From: an uncultured Rhodospirillaceae bacterium | GTDB taxonomy: Bacteria > Pseudomonadota > Alphaproteobacteria > Rhodospirillales > UBA2165 | Direction of reading: 5' to 3' | Assembly (NCBI GenBank): GCA_964566055.1 | Contig: CAZMHI010000022.1 | Span: 213 to 64,212 of the forward strand | DNA length: 64,000 nt | In this document: positions 47,682-56,631 of the stretch, one piece after another | How the letters are laid out: each line of letters begins with the position of its first letter | Position numbering within the stretch: position 1 is the first letter of the stretch | The notes under the pieces: model-generated | Seen by the model: only the letters and a program-made list of their open reading frames with translations | Database searches by the model: none | What the model was told of the DNA's origin: nothing | Program-made: the position numbers and the translations under genes

Positions 47682-48764
47682 CTAAAGCCGACCGCCAATT
47701 TCAGGAGAATCTGCAGCATAACGGTAGGCGCGGAAGACCCAGTTGCCGTTGGCCTTCGGAGTGTCGCCGCTGGCTGGGCCACAGGGGCCGAAGTGAGGCG
47801 AAATATATTCCCAGACAATATCGCCGTTAGGGGTAACTTCGAAAATTCGCCCCCATAGACCTTCGCATATCAAGGTATTGCCGCTCCACAGACGTTGGGC
47901 GCCGCTAATGTGATGACTAAAAAACGTCCAAGGAGGATCGCCCTCATAACGCCAGGCTTCTTCGCCGGTCTCAGGGTTAAACTCGATCACCCGCGAGCAA
48001 TGGGTTGGACTTTCCCCAAATTGTCCGTTGGCGAATAGCATAATGTTGCCGTTATCCAGCATCTTAGCGTCGTGCTGTCCTCCCCAGCCGTAGTCGTTCC
48101 TTTCCCAGCGGACTTTCTTGGTCTTGCGATCGATGATGAAGATCCAGCTGTTGCGGCGGAAACTGATTAAATAGTCGCCGTTGGCTAAAGGAAACAACGA
48201 GTTGGCATGACAGAACTCATCGCGGGGACCGAGGGGATGAATCGGATAATTCTCGATCTCCATCTCATCCTGAGCATGCCATTCCCAGACGGTTTCACCT
48301 GTCATATTGACTTCGCGGATATAGTCGCCCAAGACACCGCCATCGGACATCTCGGAACCGGGAATCCCTCCCTGCAATCGGGCGATCGAGTCAGGACGAA
48401 ATCGTTCAAAGCCAAGATAGACGGTATTGCCGTTGGGCAAGCGGTGGAAATCGTGATGTTGAGCAGGGGCGTCGCCTTGCCAAACAATGTTACCATCCCA
48501 ATCAAATTCGTGGATAATGCGCATCCCTTCACGGCTGGATGCAGTCTCCAAGTCAGCCTTCAACACCGTCAATAGATTGCCATTGGGCAAGAGCTTGCCA
48601 TACCCGGTTCGTAAATCCGTCACATCCCATTCATGAACCACCTCACCTCTCATATCGATCAAATAAGTGGTGTGGTTGTCTGCGTGGACCGGTGTGAAAA
48701 TGGTGTAACCAGGCGTTGCCTGAGCAACATCATGTTCGAGAAGGCCGAATTTGTGATAACGCAT
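47682..48764 (-). CDS. Arylsulfotransferase (ASST)-like beta-propeller, no signal peptide, paralogue 1
   Basis: QHHD, CHANS, SFRR, GQHD, FANG, SGAQRL.SGNTLICEG. Confidence 0.85.
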   Translation of the reverse strand: MRYHKFGLLEHDVAQATPGYTIFTPVHADNHTTYLIDMRGEVVHEWDVTDLRTGYGKLLPNGNLLTVLKADLETASSREGMRIIHEFDWDGNIVWQGDAPAQHHDFHRLPNGNTVYLGFERFRPDSIARLQGGIPGSEMSDGGVLGDYIREVNMTGETVWEWHAQDEMEIENYPIHPLGPRDEFCHANSLFPLANGDYLISFRRNSWIFIIDRKTKKVRWERNDYGWGGQHDAKMLDNGNIMLFANGQFGESPTHCSRVIEFNPETGEEAWRYEGDPPWTFFSHHISGAQRLWSGNTLICEGLWGRIFEVTPNGDIVWEYISPHFGPCGPASGDTPKANGNWVFRAYRYAADSPEIGGRL

Positions 48765-48893
48765 GAAGGGGTGCCTCTGAGATTATATACCGTTTTTCCA
48801 GCACAATGATAATGGTGTTAAACTTCAACACCAAATTCGAAATTAGTCTAACGTCGCCGTTTGTTAACAGCTATCCGATTATGAGTCGATGGA

Positions 48894-49799
48894 TTAGGCA
48901 TTGCCCGATCTGGGATCAGTCATGCTGCGCAATTTGTCGCCCATAAGATTGATCGACAAGATTGTTAGGAACATCCAGGCCGACGGAACAAACGTGACAT
49001 GCGGGCTGAACGCAAGTTCTGAAAAACCATCCGCAATCATTTTCCCCCAGCTTGGGGTTGGTGGTGGCAAACCAACACCGAGGAACGCCAGTGCTCCTTC
49101 AATGATAATAACCCGCGACATACCGAGTAGCATCAAAGCCAGCACGGGAATGATCACGTTTGGCAGTAATTCCCTGAAAAGAATTCGAATGTGAGACGCG
49201 CCTTGAGCACGCGCGGCGGTTACAAACTCCCGGTTGCGGTATTGAATGGTAACGGCTCTGGAAATCCGAATATCATTCACCATACCGAAAAATCCCAACA
49301 CCAGGATGATATTTAACAAATTGGCATCCAGAACGAACAATACAGCCATGACCGCGACGATATTAGGAAAGGCCAGAAGAGAATCGACGTAGATGCCGAC
49401 AGCAGCATCCGTGCGTCCACCGAAGTAGCCAGCCGACATGCCAAATACCAAGCCAAAAATCAAACTGATGACAGGTGCCGTATAAGCAATGGTCAGCGAA
49501 ATCTGTCCGCCATAAATTATGCGCGACAGCAGATCGCGACCAATAGTATCAGTGCCAAGCCAATGATCTCCACTGAAAGGGCCTAAGTATTTTTTGTCTA
49601 AGTCTGACTTCATTGGATCAGCTATCGGCAGGAAATCTGCGAATATGGCGCTAAAGGTGATAAGCAAAATCCAGCTAAGACTTAGCCAGAAAACCAGACC
49701 AAACTTTTGCGAGGCTACTTCACCTGCCTCGGACTCGTTGTCCGCCAATTCATATTTAGGGTAGAAAAGCCGGCGGAATATAGTCAATACCGCACTCAT
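48894..49799 (-). CDS. Dpp/Opp-type ABC permease (DppC-like)
   Basis: WLGTDTIGRDLLSRIIYG, EFVTAARAQGAS, LAFLG.G..PP.PSWG. Confidence 0.95.
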   Translation of the reverse strand: MSAVLTIFRRLFYPKYELADNESEAGEVASQKFGLVFWLSLSWILLITFSAIFADFLPIADPMKSDLDKKYLGPFSGDHWLGTDTIGRDLLSRIIYGGQISLTIAYTAPVISLIFGLVFGMSAGYFGGRTDAAVGIYVDSLLAFPNIVAVMAVLFVLDANLLNIILVLGFFGMVNDIRISRAVTIQYRNREFVTAARAQGASHIRILFRELLPNVIIPVLALMLLGMSRVIIIEGALAFLGVGLPPPTPSWGKMIADGFSELAFSPHVTFVPSAWMFLTILSINLMGDKLRSMTDPRSGNA

Positions 49800-50761
49800 T
49801 TACCGCCTCCCATCCGAACCCGCGGATCCAAAACGGTGTACATCAAATCGATGAAAAGATTAATCACCACATAGGCCAATGCTAAGAAGGCAACACCGCC
49901 CTGCAGGATCATGGCATCACGCCCATCAATGGAATCGATCAGTAATTTTCCGATGCCAGGAAGGGCAAATATCGTCTCCAAAATAACCGCGCCACTGATC
50001 AGGTTTCCGAGTTGCAAGCCAACAATCGTAATCAAGGTGAACGAAGATGGACGCATGGCGTGATGAAACAAAATATAGGCCGGAGACATGCCTTTTGCCT
50101 TGGCCAGAGAGATATAATCTTCCTGCAGGGTCGCCACCATATCCACCCGCAGCACCCGCATCAATATGGGAACTTCCAGCAGACCAACAACAGTGGCGGG
50201 GAGGACAAAAAACTTTAAGTTGGCGAGCGGGTCATCCATAAAAGGTATATACCCTGCGGCGGGCAGCCATTTCAGCGTGACGGCGAAAATAAAGACAAAG
50301 ACGATGGCAATGACAAATGGCGGCGCGGCGACGATAGCAAAAACAATCGCACTTAACGCCCGGTCAACCCCTCGGTTGACCCGGTAGGCAGCCCACACAC
50401 CAAGCGGAATGGCGATCAGCAAAGCGAGGGTCTGTGACAATATGAGGAGTTCCAGGGTTACCGGTAGACGAGAAACAATTTGATCCCAAACCGGAAAATT
50501 ATTGATCAATGATATGCCAAAATCACCTTGGACCAGATTGCCGAGCCAAATAAAATATCGCACGACAACGGGTTTATCGAGGCCAAGCTCGATTGTCAGT
50601 TCTTTGCGCATTTCTGCGATTTGATCGGCCTCGGCTTCATCATCTTGCAGCAGCGTATCTACTACATCACCCGGCAGAACATTCATCAGCATAAAGCTGG
50701 CAAATGTGACAACAAAAAAAACCGGAACCAGACGTAAAAGCCGGCCACGAATATATTTCAA
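49796..50761 (-). CDS. Dpp/Opp-type ABC permease (DppB-like)
   Basis: LPGD, GDFGISL, EDYISLAKAKGMS, ETIFALPGIG; TTG 50761 after a GGAGG RBS. Confidence 0.95.
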   Translation of the reverse strand: MKYIRGRLLRLVPVFFVVTFASFMLMNVLPGDVVDTLLQDDEAEADQIAEMRKELTIELGLDKPVVVRYFIWLGNLVQGDFGISLINNFPVWDQIVSRLPVTLELLILSQTLALLIAIPLGVWAAYRVNRGVDRALSAIVFAIVAAPPFVIAIVFVFIFAVTLKWLPAAGYIPFMDDPLANLKFFVLPATVVGLLEVPILMRVLRVDMVATLQEDYISLAKAKGMSPAYILFHHAMRPSSFTLITIVGLQLGNLISGAVILETIFALPGIGKLLIDSIDGRDAMILQGGVAFLALAYVVINLFIDLMYTVLDPRVRMGGGK

Positions 50762-50799
50762 CGAATCCTCCAAATACTAATTGAGCAACCCAAGCAAAA

Positions 50800-50837
50800 T
50801 TGAGGACACAATATAATCTTATATACTGTGTCCTCAA
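50800..50837. other. Intercistronic stem-loop (SBP to permease)
   Basis: TTGAGGACACA-ATATA-atct-TATAT-ac-TGTGTCCTCAA; 11-bp perfect outer stem. Confidence 0.75.
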
Positions 50838-50946
50838 AATTTTAACACCTAAGCCAATTACTTTAAACCAACTCGGTGGTTCTAAGTTTGAAAGTCGTGT
50901 GATGTAGGAATAATTTACACAACTTTCCTAGAGTAGTCGGCGCACT

Positions 50947-52506
50947 CTATTTTTTTATCCAGGCGCGGTGAGCTTTGTAGCCGTTACTCATGGGCTTCTG
51001 CATGCCGCCAACGCGATTGTTGAAGCCGAAGCTAATGACGGCGGTACGGAATGGATAATAGCGAACTTGGTCGACCAGTATTTTCTGGTAGTCGCAACTC
51101 GCCTTCATCCGCGCCGCATGACCTTTCGCACTCAGCAGCTTGTCGATCGCAGCATCGATCGCCGGGTCTTTTACATTGTAGAAGTTAGATTTACTTTTGG
51201 AATGGAAGTTAATGGCAACGACACTTGGATCGACATTGTTGCCAAAGTTGGTCCACCAAATATCGTATTTTCCACTCGTGATACCACGGTTATAGGACGG
51301 TCCTCGCGGCCCGACCTTGATAGCAACGTCAACACCGACGGCTTTCCATTGAGCCTGGAGCGACTGTGCAATAACAGATATCGTATTGATCGAGATGATA
51401 TTGAGGGTGATCTTCACCGGCTTGCCATACTCGGCCAACAGCTTTTTGGCCTTTGCCGGGCTGTATTCTGGCCACTCCATTTTCACATCTTTACAATACC
51501 AAGGATGATCCGAAGGATACATCTGGGTCGGCACCTCGGTCTCGACGCGGGTTCCGATCATGGTTATGGCCTTGCGGTCGAGGGCATGAAGCAGCGCTTT
51601 ACGTACCCGGATGTCGTTCATCGGCGCTTTCGAACTGTTGAAGCCGATGCCCCGGGGCGCAATATTTGAGACGCCGTCGAGTATCGTCGTGTTGGGGGTC
51701 TCGACCCTATCGCGCTCCGTCGTTGGCACCAGCATAACGTCGGTCTGGCCAGCCTTGAGGGCATTGAATGCATTGGTCCGGTTCGGAATGATCTGAAAGA
51801 CGATTTCGTCCAGATGCTGCGCTTTGGGGTTCCAATAATTAGGATTACGCACCATGGTGATCCTATCACCGGGTTTCCATGATTTTACCATGTAAGGACC
51901 CTGGCCGATCGAGGTTTGACCGAAGGTGCGTTTCTTCGAATTGGCGGCGACCCATCCCGGTTCTTGGACATACCAGGTAATGATCGGCATGGAGAGGATC
52001 GACTTGAAGCCCGGACTGGCCTGGCGGAAGTGAAAATCGAAGGTGTATTTATCAACCACCTCGACCCGGTCCATTGCCGGCCCCATAATACGGCGGAAAC
52101 GGCCCGCCACTTTGCTTGAGAGAAAGCGGTCAAAATGAGCCTTGTAGGCTTGGGAGGTAACTTCAACGCCGTTGGAAAATTTCATGCCCTGACGCAATTT
52201 AATCCGCCAGCGCTTGAAGTCGTCGCTGGGATCGGCCGACAACGCGGCTTGGGGAATAAACTCATTGGTATCCGCATCCCGATCGAACAGGTTGTCGTGG
52301 ATCGCGGCCAACGGATTGTTCCGGGTGTTGTTGTTGACGGGGACCCGGACCGAGTCGAAACTCTTGATATCGGTGCCGCTGTGGACGACGAGCCTGCCGC
52401 CGGTACCCGCCGGATGGTGGGCCAATACGGTTCCGGCGGACGAAAGTCCAACCAATCCAGCCGTCAGGGTAAATACAGATAGTAATTTTAAGGTTTTGTG
52501 TCGCAT
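50947..52506 (-). CDS. Dpp/Opp-type ABC solute-binding protein (family 5)
   Basis: Sec signal, LRQGMKFSNG, GQGPY...W.PG, RNPNYW. Confidence 0.9.
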   Translation of the reverse strand: MRHKTLKLLSVFTLTAGLVGLSSAGTVLAHHPAGTGGRLVVHSGTDIKSFDSVRVPVNNNTRNNPLAAIHDNLFDRDADTNEFIPQAALSADPSDDFKRWRIKLRQGMKFSNGVEVTSQAYKAHFDRFLSSKVAGRFRRIMGPAMDRVEVVDKYTFDFHFRQASPGFKSILSMPIITWYVQEPGWVAANSKKRTFGQTSIGQGPYMVKSWKPGDRITMVRNPNYWNPKAQHLDEIVFQIIPNRTNAFNALKAGQTDVMLVPTTERDRVETPNTTILDGVSNIAPRGIGFNSSKAPMNDIRVRKALLHALDRKAITMIGTRVETEVPTQMYPSDHPWYCKDVKMEWPEYSPAKAKKLLAEYGKPVKITLNIISINTISVIAQSLQAQWKAVGVDVAIKVGPRGPSYNRGITSGKYDIWWTNFGNNVDPSVVAINFHSKSKSNFYNVKDPAIDAAIDKLLSAKGHAARMKASCDYQKILVDQVRYYPFRTAVISFGFNNRVGGMQKPMSNGYKAHRAWIKK

Positions 52507-52569
52507 TTTATCTCTCCTTTGAAAACAAGACGGAAGCCTGATGATATGCAGTAGAGACTGTTGTGTTCG

Positions 52570-52698
52570 TCATTGGCCTAGCACTTCTTTCAAAGTTGCC
52601 AGACAAGTAGTGTTGTCGGTTTCTTTGCCGATCGTAGTGCGAATGAAGTTATCATATCCCGGATCAGCTTAGGCGTTAATCTGTACGCCTTTGTCTAT
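52570..52698 (-). pseudogene. C-terminal remnant of a HisC-family (class I/II) aminotransferase
   Basis: Translates IDKGVQINA*ADPGYDNFIRTTIGKETDNTTCLATLKEVLGQ*, matching the HisC C-terminal pattern G-x-x-x...PG...IR.TIG...N...L..L; internal TAA at 52669-52671; absent from the ORF track. Confidence 0.7.
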
Positions 52699-52755
52699 GG
52701 AGAAAATAGTAGATAAATTTACACCTTTTCAGCCAATTCAAAATTGGCCGAAGGG

Positions 52756-52776
52756 TATAACTCAGGTTAATAGCCT
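52756..52776 (+). promoter_or_regulatory. LysR-2 box upstream of the ABC operon
   Basis: TATAA-CTCAGGT-TAATAGCCT. Confidence 0.75.
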
Positions 52777-52783
52777 TGTACTT

Positions 52784-53674
52784 CTATTCGCTGACCGAGC
52801 TTTTCAATATGGCTCGAAATCCCTGAAATGCTGGACCAGGCGGGCTTGAGCGACGCCTGGCGATGCCGCCTTCAAAATCCCAAAATGTACCTTCATGTGT
52901 TATTTGGGTTAAACCAAATGCCTCAATTTCAGATCGGCTGTTCTCAGCAAATGTGGAAAGATAATCAGTGGACTGGGCAATGGTAATGGCCCCTAAATAA
53001 CTGGTTTCAACGGCCACATTAGGAGGAGGGAGGCTGTTGGCGGCAAAATAGGCGCCAATCGTGCTCCCGCTGGCCCGATCATCAGCCAAAACAATCCAAG
53101 GATATTGACTAAGATCCTCGGCGCTGACCGTTTTTTTTATCGCGAGCGGGTGTCCCACTCGACCAAAAACCGTGTGGCGTAACTTCAGGAGAGGCTCTTT
53201 AACGATGTCAGCGTGATCGGGAAAATCAAGGCCGCCGCAAATCATATCCAAATCACCATCGAGTAGTTGTTGGATGCTGGCATCGAACCCCGGCCCGGTT
53301 ACAGTGACCCGAACATCTGGAAATTGCTGGTGAAATTCATTGATCACGGGCGGCAGGATTGACAGCAACCAAACGGGACCGGCAGCAATGCGAAGGCGAC
53401 CACTTATGCCACTATTATGATCAGCCAATTCGGCAAGTGCATGCTGGTATTCCAGGGTCATCAGTTTAACTCGGCGGGCCAGAATTTGACCCTCAGGTGT
53501 TAAAACGACCCCGGTAGGTAAACGATTAAAAAGTGTGACGCCAAGAAGGTCTTCCAGCTGTTTTAAGCTGCGCGTTACAGCAGGTTGAGTTATGCCAATT
53601 GATTTCGCGGCCGCAGAAAGGGTTCCGGCATTGGCCACTTCGGAGAAATAGTATAGGAGCTTTGAATGTCTCAT
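52784..53674 (-). CDS. LysR-family transcriptional regulator (LysR-2)
   Basis: TLSAAAKSIGITQPAVTRSLKQLED HTH; 296 aa. Confidence 0.95.
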   Translation of the reverse strand: MRHSKLLYYFSEVANAGTLSAAAKSIGITQPAVTRSLKQLEDLLGVTLFNRLPTGVVLTPEGQILARRVKLMTLEYQHALAELADHNSGISGRLRIAAGPVWLLSILPPVINEFHQQFPDVRVTVTGPGFDASIQQLLDGDLDMICGGLDFPDHADIVKEPLLKLRHTVFGRVGHPLAIKKTVSAEDLSQYPWIVLADDRASGSTIGAYFAANSLPPPNVAVETSYLGAITIAQSTDYLSTFAENSRSEIEAFGLTQITHEGTFWDFEGGIARRRSSPPGPAFQGFRAILKSSVSE

Positions 53675-53687
53675 TGTCTGCCACTAA

Positions 53688-53781
53688 CCCCAATCCCGTC
53701 CTATAAATAGAACTGATAGCCTCCGGTCAAGTTCTCATATTACAGATCAGACGTTGATATCTAGAATATAAGGCATCCAAA
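53688..53781 (+). repeat. 94-bp inverted repeat, copy 1 (LysR-2 divergent promoter)
   Basis: 87/94 identical, ungapped, to the reverse complement of 60392-60485. Confidence 0.95.
53702..53722 (+). promoter_or_regulatory. LysR-2 box (autoregulatory/TPP operon)
   Basis: TATAA-ATAGAAC-TGATAGCCT. Confidence 0.75.
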
Positions 53782-53855
53782 GCCCGGTTGAGAAGCGCAA
53801 GTATCGTTTTGTTCCACGACTGGTAAAAAAATAAATGTAAGAGGAAGAAGTTGTC

Positions 53856-55487
53856 ATGGGAATATTGACTTCAGGTGCCGGGGCGGTAGTCAAATCAATT
53901 AAAAATCACGGTGTCGATACGGTTTTCGCCTTGCCGGGAGCCCAGCTTGATCCGCTGTTTGACGCTTTTCATGCGGAACGCGAAACCCTCAGGGTCATTC
54001 ATACACGCCATGAACAGGGCGCCGCCTATATGGCGCTCGGCTATGCCCAATCGACGGGCCGCGAGGCAGTGTGTGCGGTTGTACCCGGACCGGGTGTGCT
54101 TAACGCCGGGGCGGGGCTCCTGTCGGCCTACGGCAATGGTGCGAAAGTCTTATGCATCGGCGGCCAGATTCCCAGTAAAGCCATCGACCAGGGTATCGGC
54201 CTGCTCCATGAAATGTATGATCAAAAAGGAACCATGGCGGCGACAACAAAATGGCAAAGCCGCATTGACAACCCTGGTGATGCACCGGCTGTTATAGGTG
54301 AGGCATTTCAGCAAATGAACACAGGCCGCCAACGACCGGTCTTTGTCGAAATGGCGCCCGACATAATGGCTGCCGAGGCAGAGCTCGATATTCCGGCGGC
54401 AAACCGGGACTATGAGATGCTTGAGCCCGATCCGGATTTGGTCGAGCAGGCGGCAGCCCTAATGGGCAACGCAGAAAATCCGGCGATCTTCGTTGGCGGT
54501 GGTATCTTCGGCGCTGAGCAGGAATTGCTGGATCTGGCAGAGACCCTCCAGGCGCCGGTTTTCATGACTGCCGCCGGCCGGGGCGCCGTTGATGACAGGC
54601 ATTATCTGGCCCAAAACATGATTGCCGCAGGCCGGCAGTGGCCCAAGATTGACGCCGCTTTGGTCGTCGGCACAAAGTTCCTGCTGCCAATTTCCCAATG
54701 GGGCTGGGACGATGAAATAAAGCTGGTGCGGATCGACCCTGACCCGGATCAATCAATTAGCAAATGGATTCCAGACGTACACCTAGTGGCTCATGGCAAG
54801 CCCAGCCTGGCGGCCATTGCAGACCGGGTCTCCCGGCATAATAGATCGCGGGACTCGCGGGAAACGGAATGGCGCGACCTCCAGCAGGCTGCCGACAACG
54901 ATCTCGCCGAGACCTTGCCGGGCCTGTACGCTTATGGCAACGCCCTGCGCGAGGAGCTACCGGAAGATGGTATCGTTTGTTTTGGGGTCACTCAAATGGG
55001 CTTTTACAGTTGGTTCGGCTTTCCCACCTATCACCCGCGAACCAATCTTCAAGCCGGCGTCCAAGGCACCTTGGGGTTCAGTTTCCCGACCACTTTAGGC
55101 GTTAAGGTAGCGCATCCCGACAAAAAGGTCGTTTGCGTCACCGGTGATGGGGGCTTCATGTTTGCCAGCAACGAACTCTCCACGGCCATCCGCCACGGCA
55201 TCAACACGGTCACGCTGGTGTTCAACAACGGCGGCTTCGGCAATGTTAAGAAAAATCAGTCAGTGGATTATGGTGGGCGGCTGATCGGTTGGGATTTGGC
55301 CAACCCGGATTTTGTTAAATTTGCCGAATCCTTTGGCGCCATGGGGCTCCGCGCCTCTTCGCCTGAAGAGCTTCGGGTCGCTTTACAAAAAGCGTTTGCC
55401 GCTGATGGACCGGTAATCATCGAGGTGCCGTTCGAGGATCTACCTGACTGGCGCCCGCTACAACACGCCTACCGGATGCGCGGTTAA
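53856..55487 (+). CDS. TPP-dependent enzyme (acetolactate synthase-like, probable 2-oxoacid decarboxylase)
   Basis: ALPGAQL, TRHEQGA, QGTLG, TGDGGFMF...FNN. Confidence 0.9.
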   Translation: MGILTSGAGAVVKSIKNHGVDTVFALPGAQLDPLFDAFHAERETLRVIHTRHEQGAAYMALGYAQSTGREAVCAVVPGPGVLNAGAGLLSAYGNGAKVLCIGGQIPSKAIDQGIGLLHEMYDQKGTMAATTKWQSRIDNPGDAPAVIGEAFQQMNTGRQRPVFVEMAPDIMAAEAELDIPAANRDYEMLEPDPDLVEQAAALMGNAENPAIFVGGGIFGAEQELLDLAETLQAPVFMTAAGRGAVDDRHYLAQNMIAAGRQWPKIDAALVVGTKFLLPISQWGWDDEIKLVRIDPDPDQSISKWIPDVHLVAHGKPSLAAIADRVSRHNRSRDSRETEWRDLQQAADNDLAETLPGLYAYGNALREELPEDGIVCFGVTQMGFYSWFGFPTYHPRTNLQAGVQGTLGFSFPTTLGVKVAHPDKKVVCVTGDGGFMFASNELSTAIRHGINTVTLVFNNGGFGNVKKNQSVDYGGRLIGWDLANPDFVKFAESFGAMGLRASSPEELRVALQKAFAADGPVIIEVPFEDLPDWRPLQHAYRMRG

Positions 55488-55491
55488 GTTC

Positions 55492-56550
55492 ATGAGAATA
55501 TTGCAAACTGGAGTCACCCTGCACAACCAAGACCAGGCAACAGAAGGTCTTACTCTGTTCTCACCTCTTTGGGGACGCGAAACCTATCTCATCGACATGG
55601 CGGGTGAAGTCGTACATCAATGGGAATTGCCGGGAGCGCCGGCCGGGTATGCCCGATTACTGCCCAACGGCAATCTGTTTTACGCCGCTAAATCTGAAGG
55701 TGGCCCGAGTTTCCCCGGCGGTGCCCAGGGTGGGCTAATGCGCGAGGTGGATTGGAACGGCAACGTTATCAACGAAATTAGCGATCCAATGCAGCACCAT
55801 GATGCTAGACGTTTGGAAAACGGCAACACATTATATGCTGGCTGGGAAGACATGCCTGAAGACCGCGCCGCCTTGGTGACCGGCGGTATACCTGAATCTT
55901 TCCCCGAAGGCGGCCTGTATAATGATTACGCCAGAGAGGTAGACCCCGACGGTAATACGGTTTGGCAGTGGTCTGCGCACAGCATGGAGCTCGAAAAATA
56001 TCCGATCAATCCGATGACTGGTCTCAAGGTATTTGCCTGGCTCAACGCCACCTTTCCCATGCCCAATGGTGATGTCATGGTCAGCTTGCGGCACATTAAT
56101 ACTGTCGCCATCATCGACCGGGACAGCAAAGAAATTAAATGGGAAATGACCGATTTCGGTTGGGGCGGCCAGCATGATTGTCAGCTTCTCGACAACGGCA
56201 ATATAATTCTTTTTGCCAACGGCACGAAAACCTATGAAGGTCAGCAGCATTCCCGCATCATCGAGATTGACCCGGAAACCAAGGAAGAGGTCTGGGTCTA
56301 TAAAAGTAATCCGGTCAACCACTTCTATTCCCATCACATCAGCGGCCAGGAACGGCTTGCCTCCGGCAACACACTCATTTGCGAAGGGCTTTGGGGACGT
56401 ATATTTGAAGTTACCCCGTCGGGCGAGATCGTCTGGGAGTACATCTCACCTTATTTCGGAAAAACGTTTACCGGCGACGACACAAACTGGGTCTTCCGCG
56501 CCTTCCGGTATGCAAAGGACTCCGCAGAGATAGCTGGCAGAATTGGTTAA
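55492..56550 (+). CDS. Arylsulfotransferase (ASST)-like beta-propeller, no signal peptide, paralogue 2
   Basis: QHHD, AWLNA, SLRH, GQHD, FANG, SGQERL.SGNTLICEG. Confidence 0.85.
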   Translation: MRILQTGVTLHNQDQATEGLTLFSPLWGRETYLIDMAGEVVHQWELPGAPAGYARLLPNGNLFYAAKSEGGPSFPGGAQGGLMREVDWNGNVINEISDPMQHHDARRLENGNTLYAGWEDMPEDRAALVTGGIPESFPEGGLYNDYAREVDPDGNTVWQWSAHSMELEKYPINPMTGLKVFAWLNATFPMPNGDVMVSLRHINTVAIIDRDSKEIKWEMTDFGWGGQHDCQLLDNGNIILFANGTKTYEGQQHSRIIEIDPETKEEVWVYKSNPVNHFYSHHISGQERLASGNTLICEGLWGRIFEVTPSGEIVWEYISPYFGKTFTGDDTNWVFRAFRYAKDSAEIAGRIG

Positions 56551-56631
56551 CCTAACGCTCTCCTTTAATTACAGTAACTCTAAAACTAGCGTAGAATTAT
56601 TCGGGAACGTAAATTTCTTAACGAGGATGTC

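Noticed and set aside
48802-48820. Second Fur box (AATGATAATGG)
   Set aside because: Only one half-site; about 12/19 match, not palindromic
52510-52700. Long leader of the ABC SBP as a riboswitch or sRNA (hairpin AGGCGT-N8-ACGCCT)
   Set aside because: No riboswitch consensus recognised; the region is explained as an aminotransferase remnant
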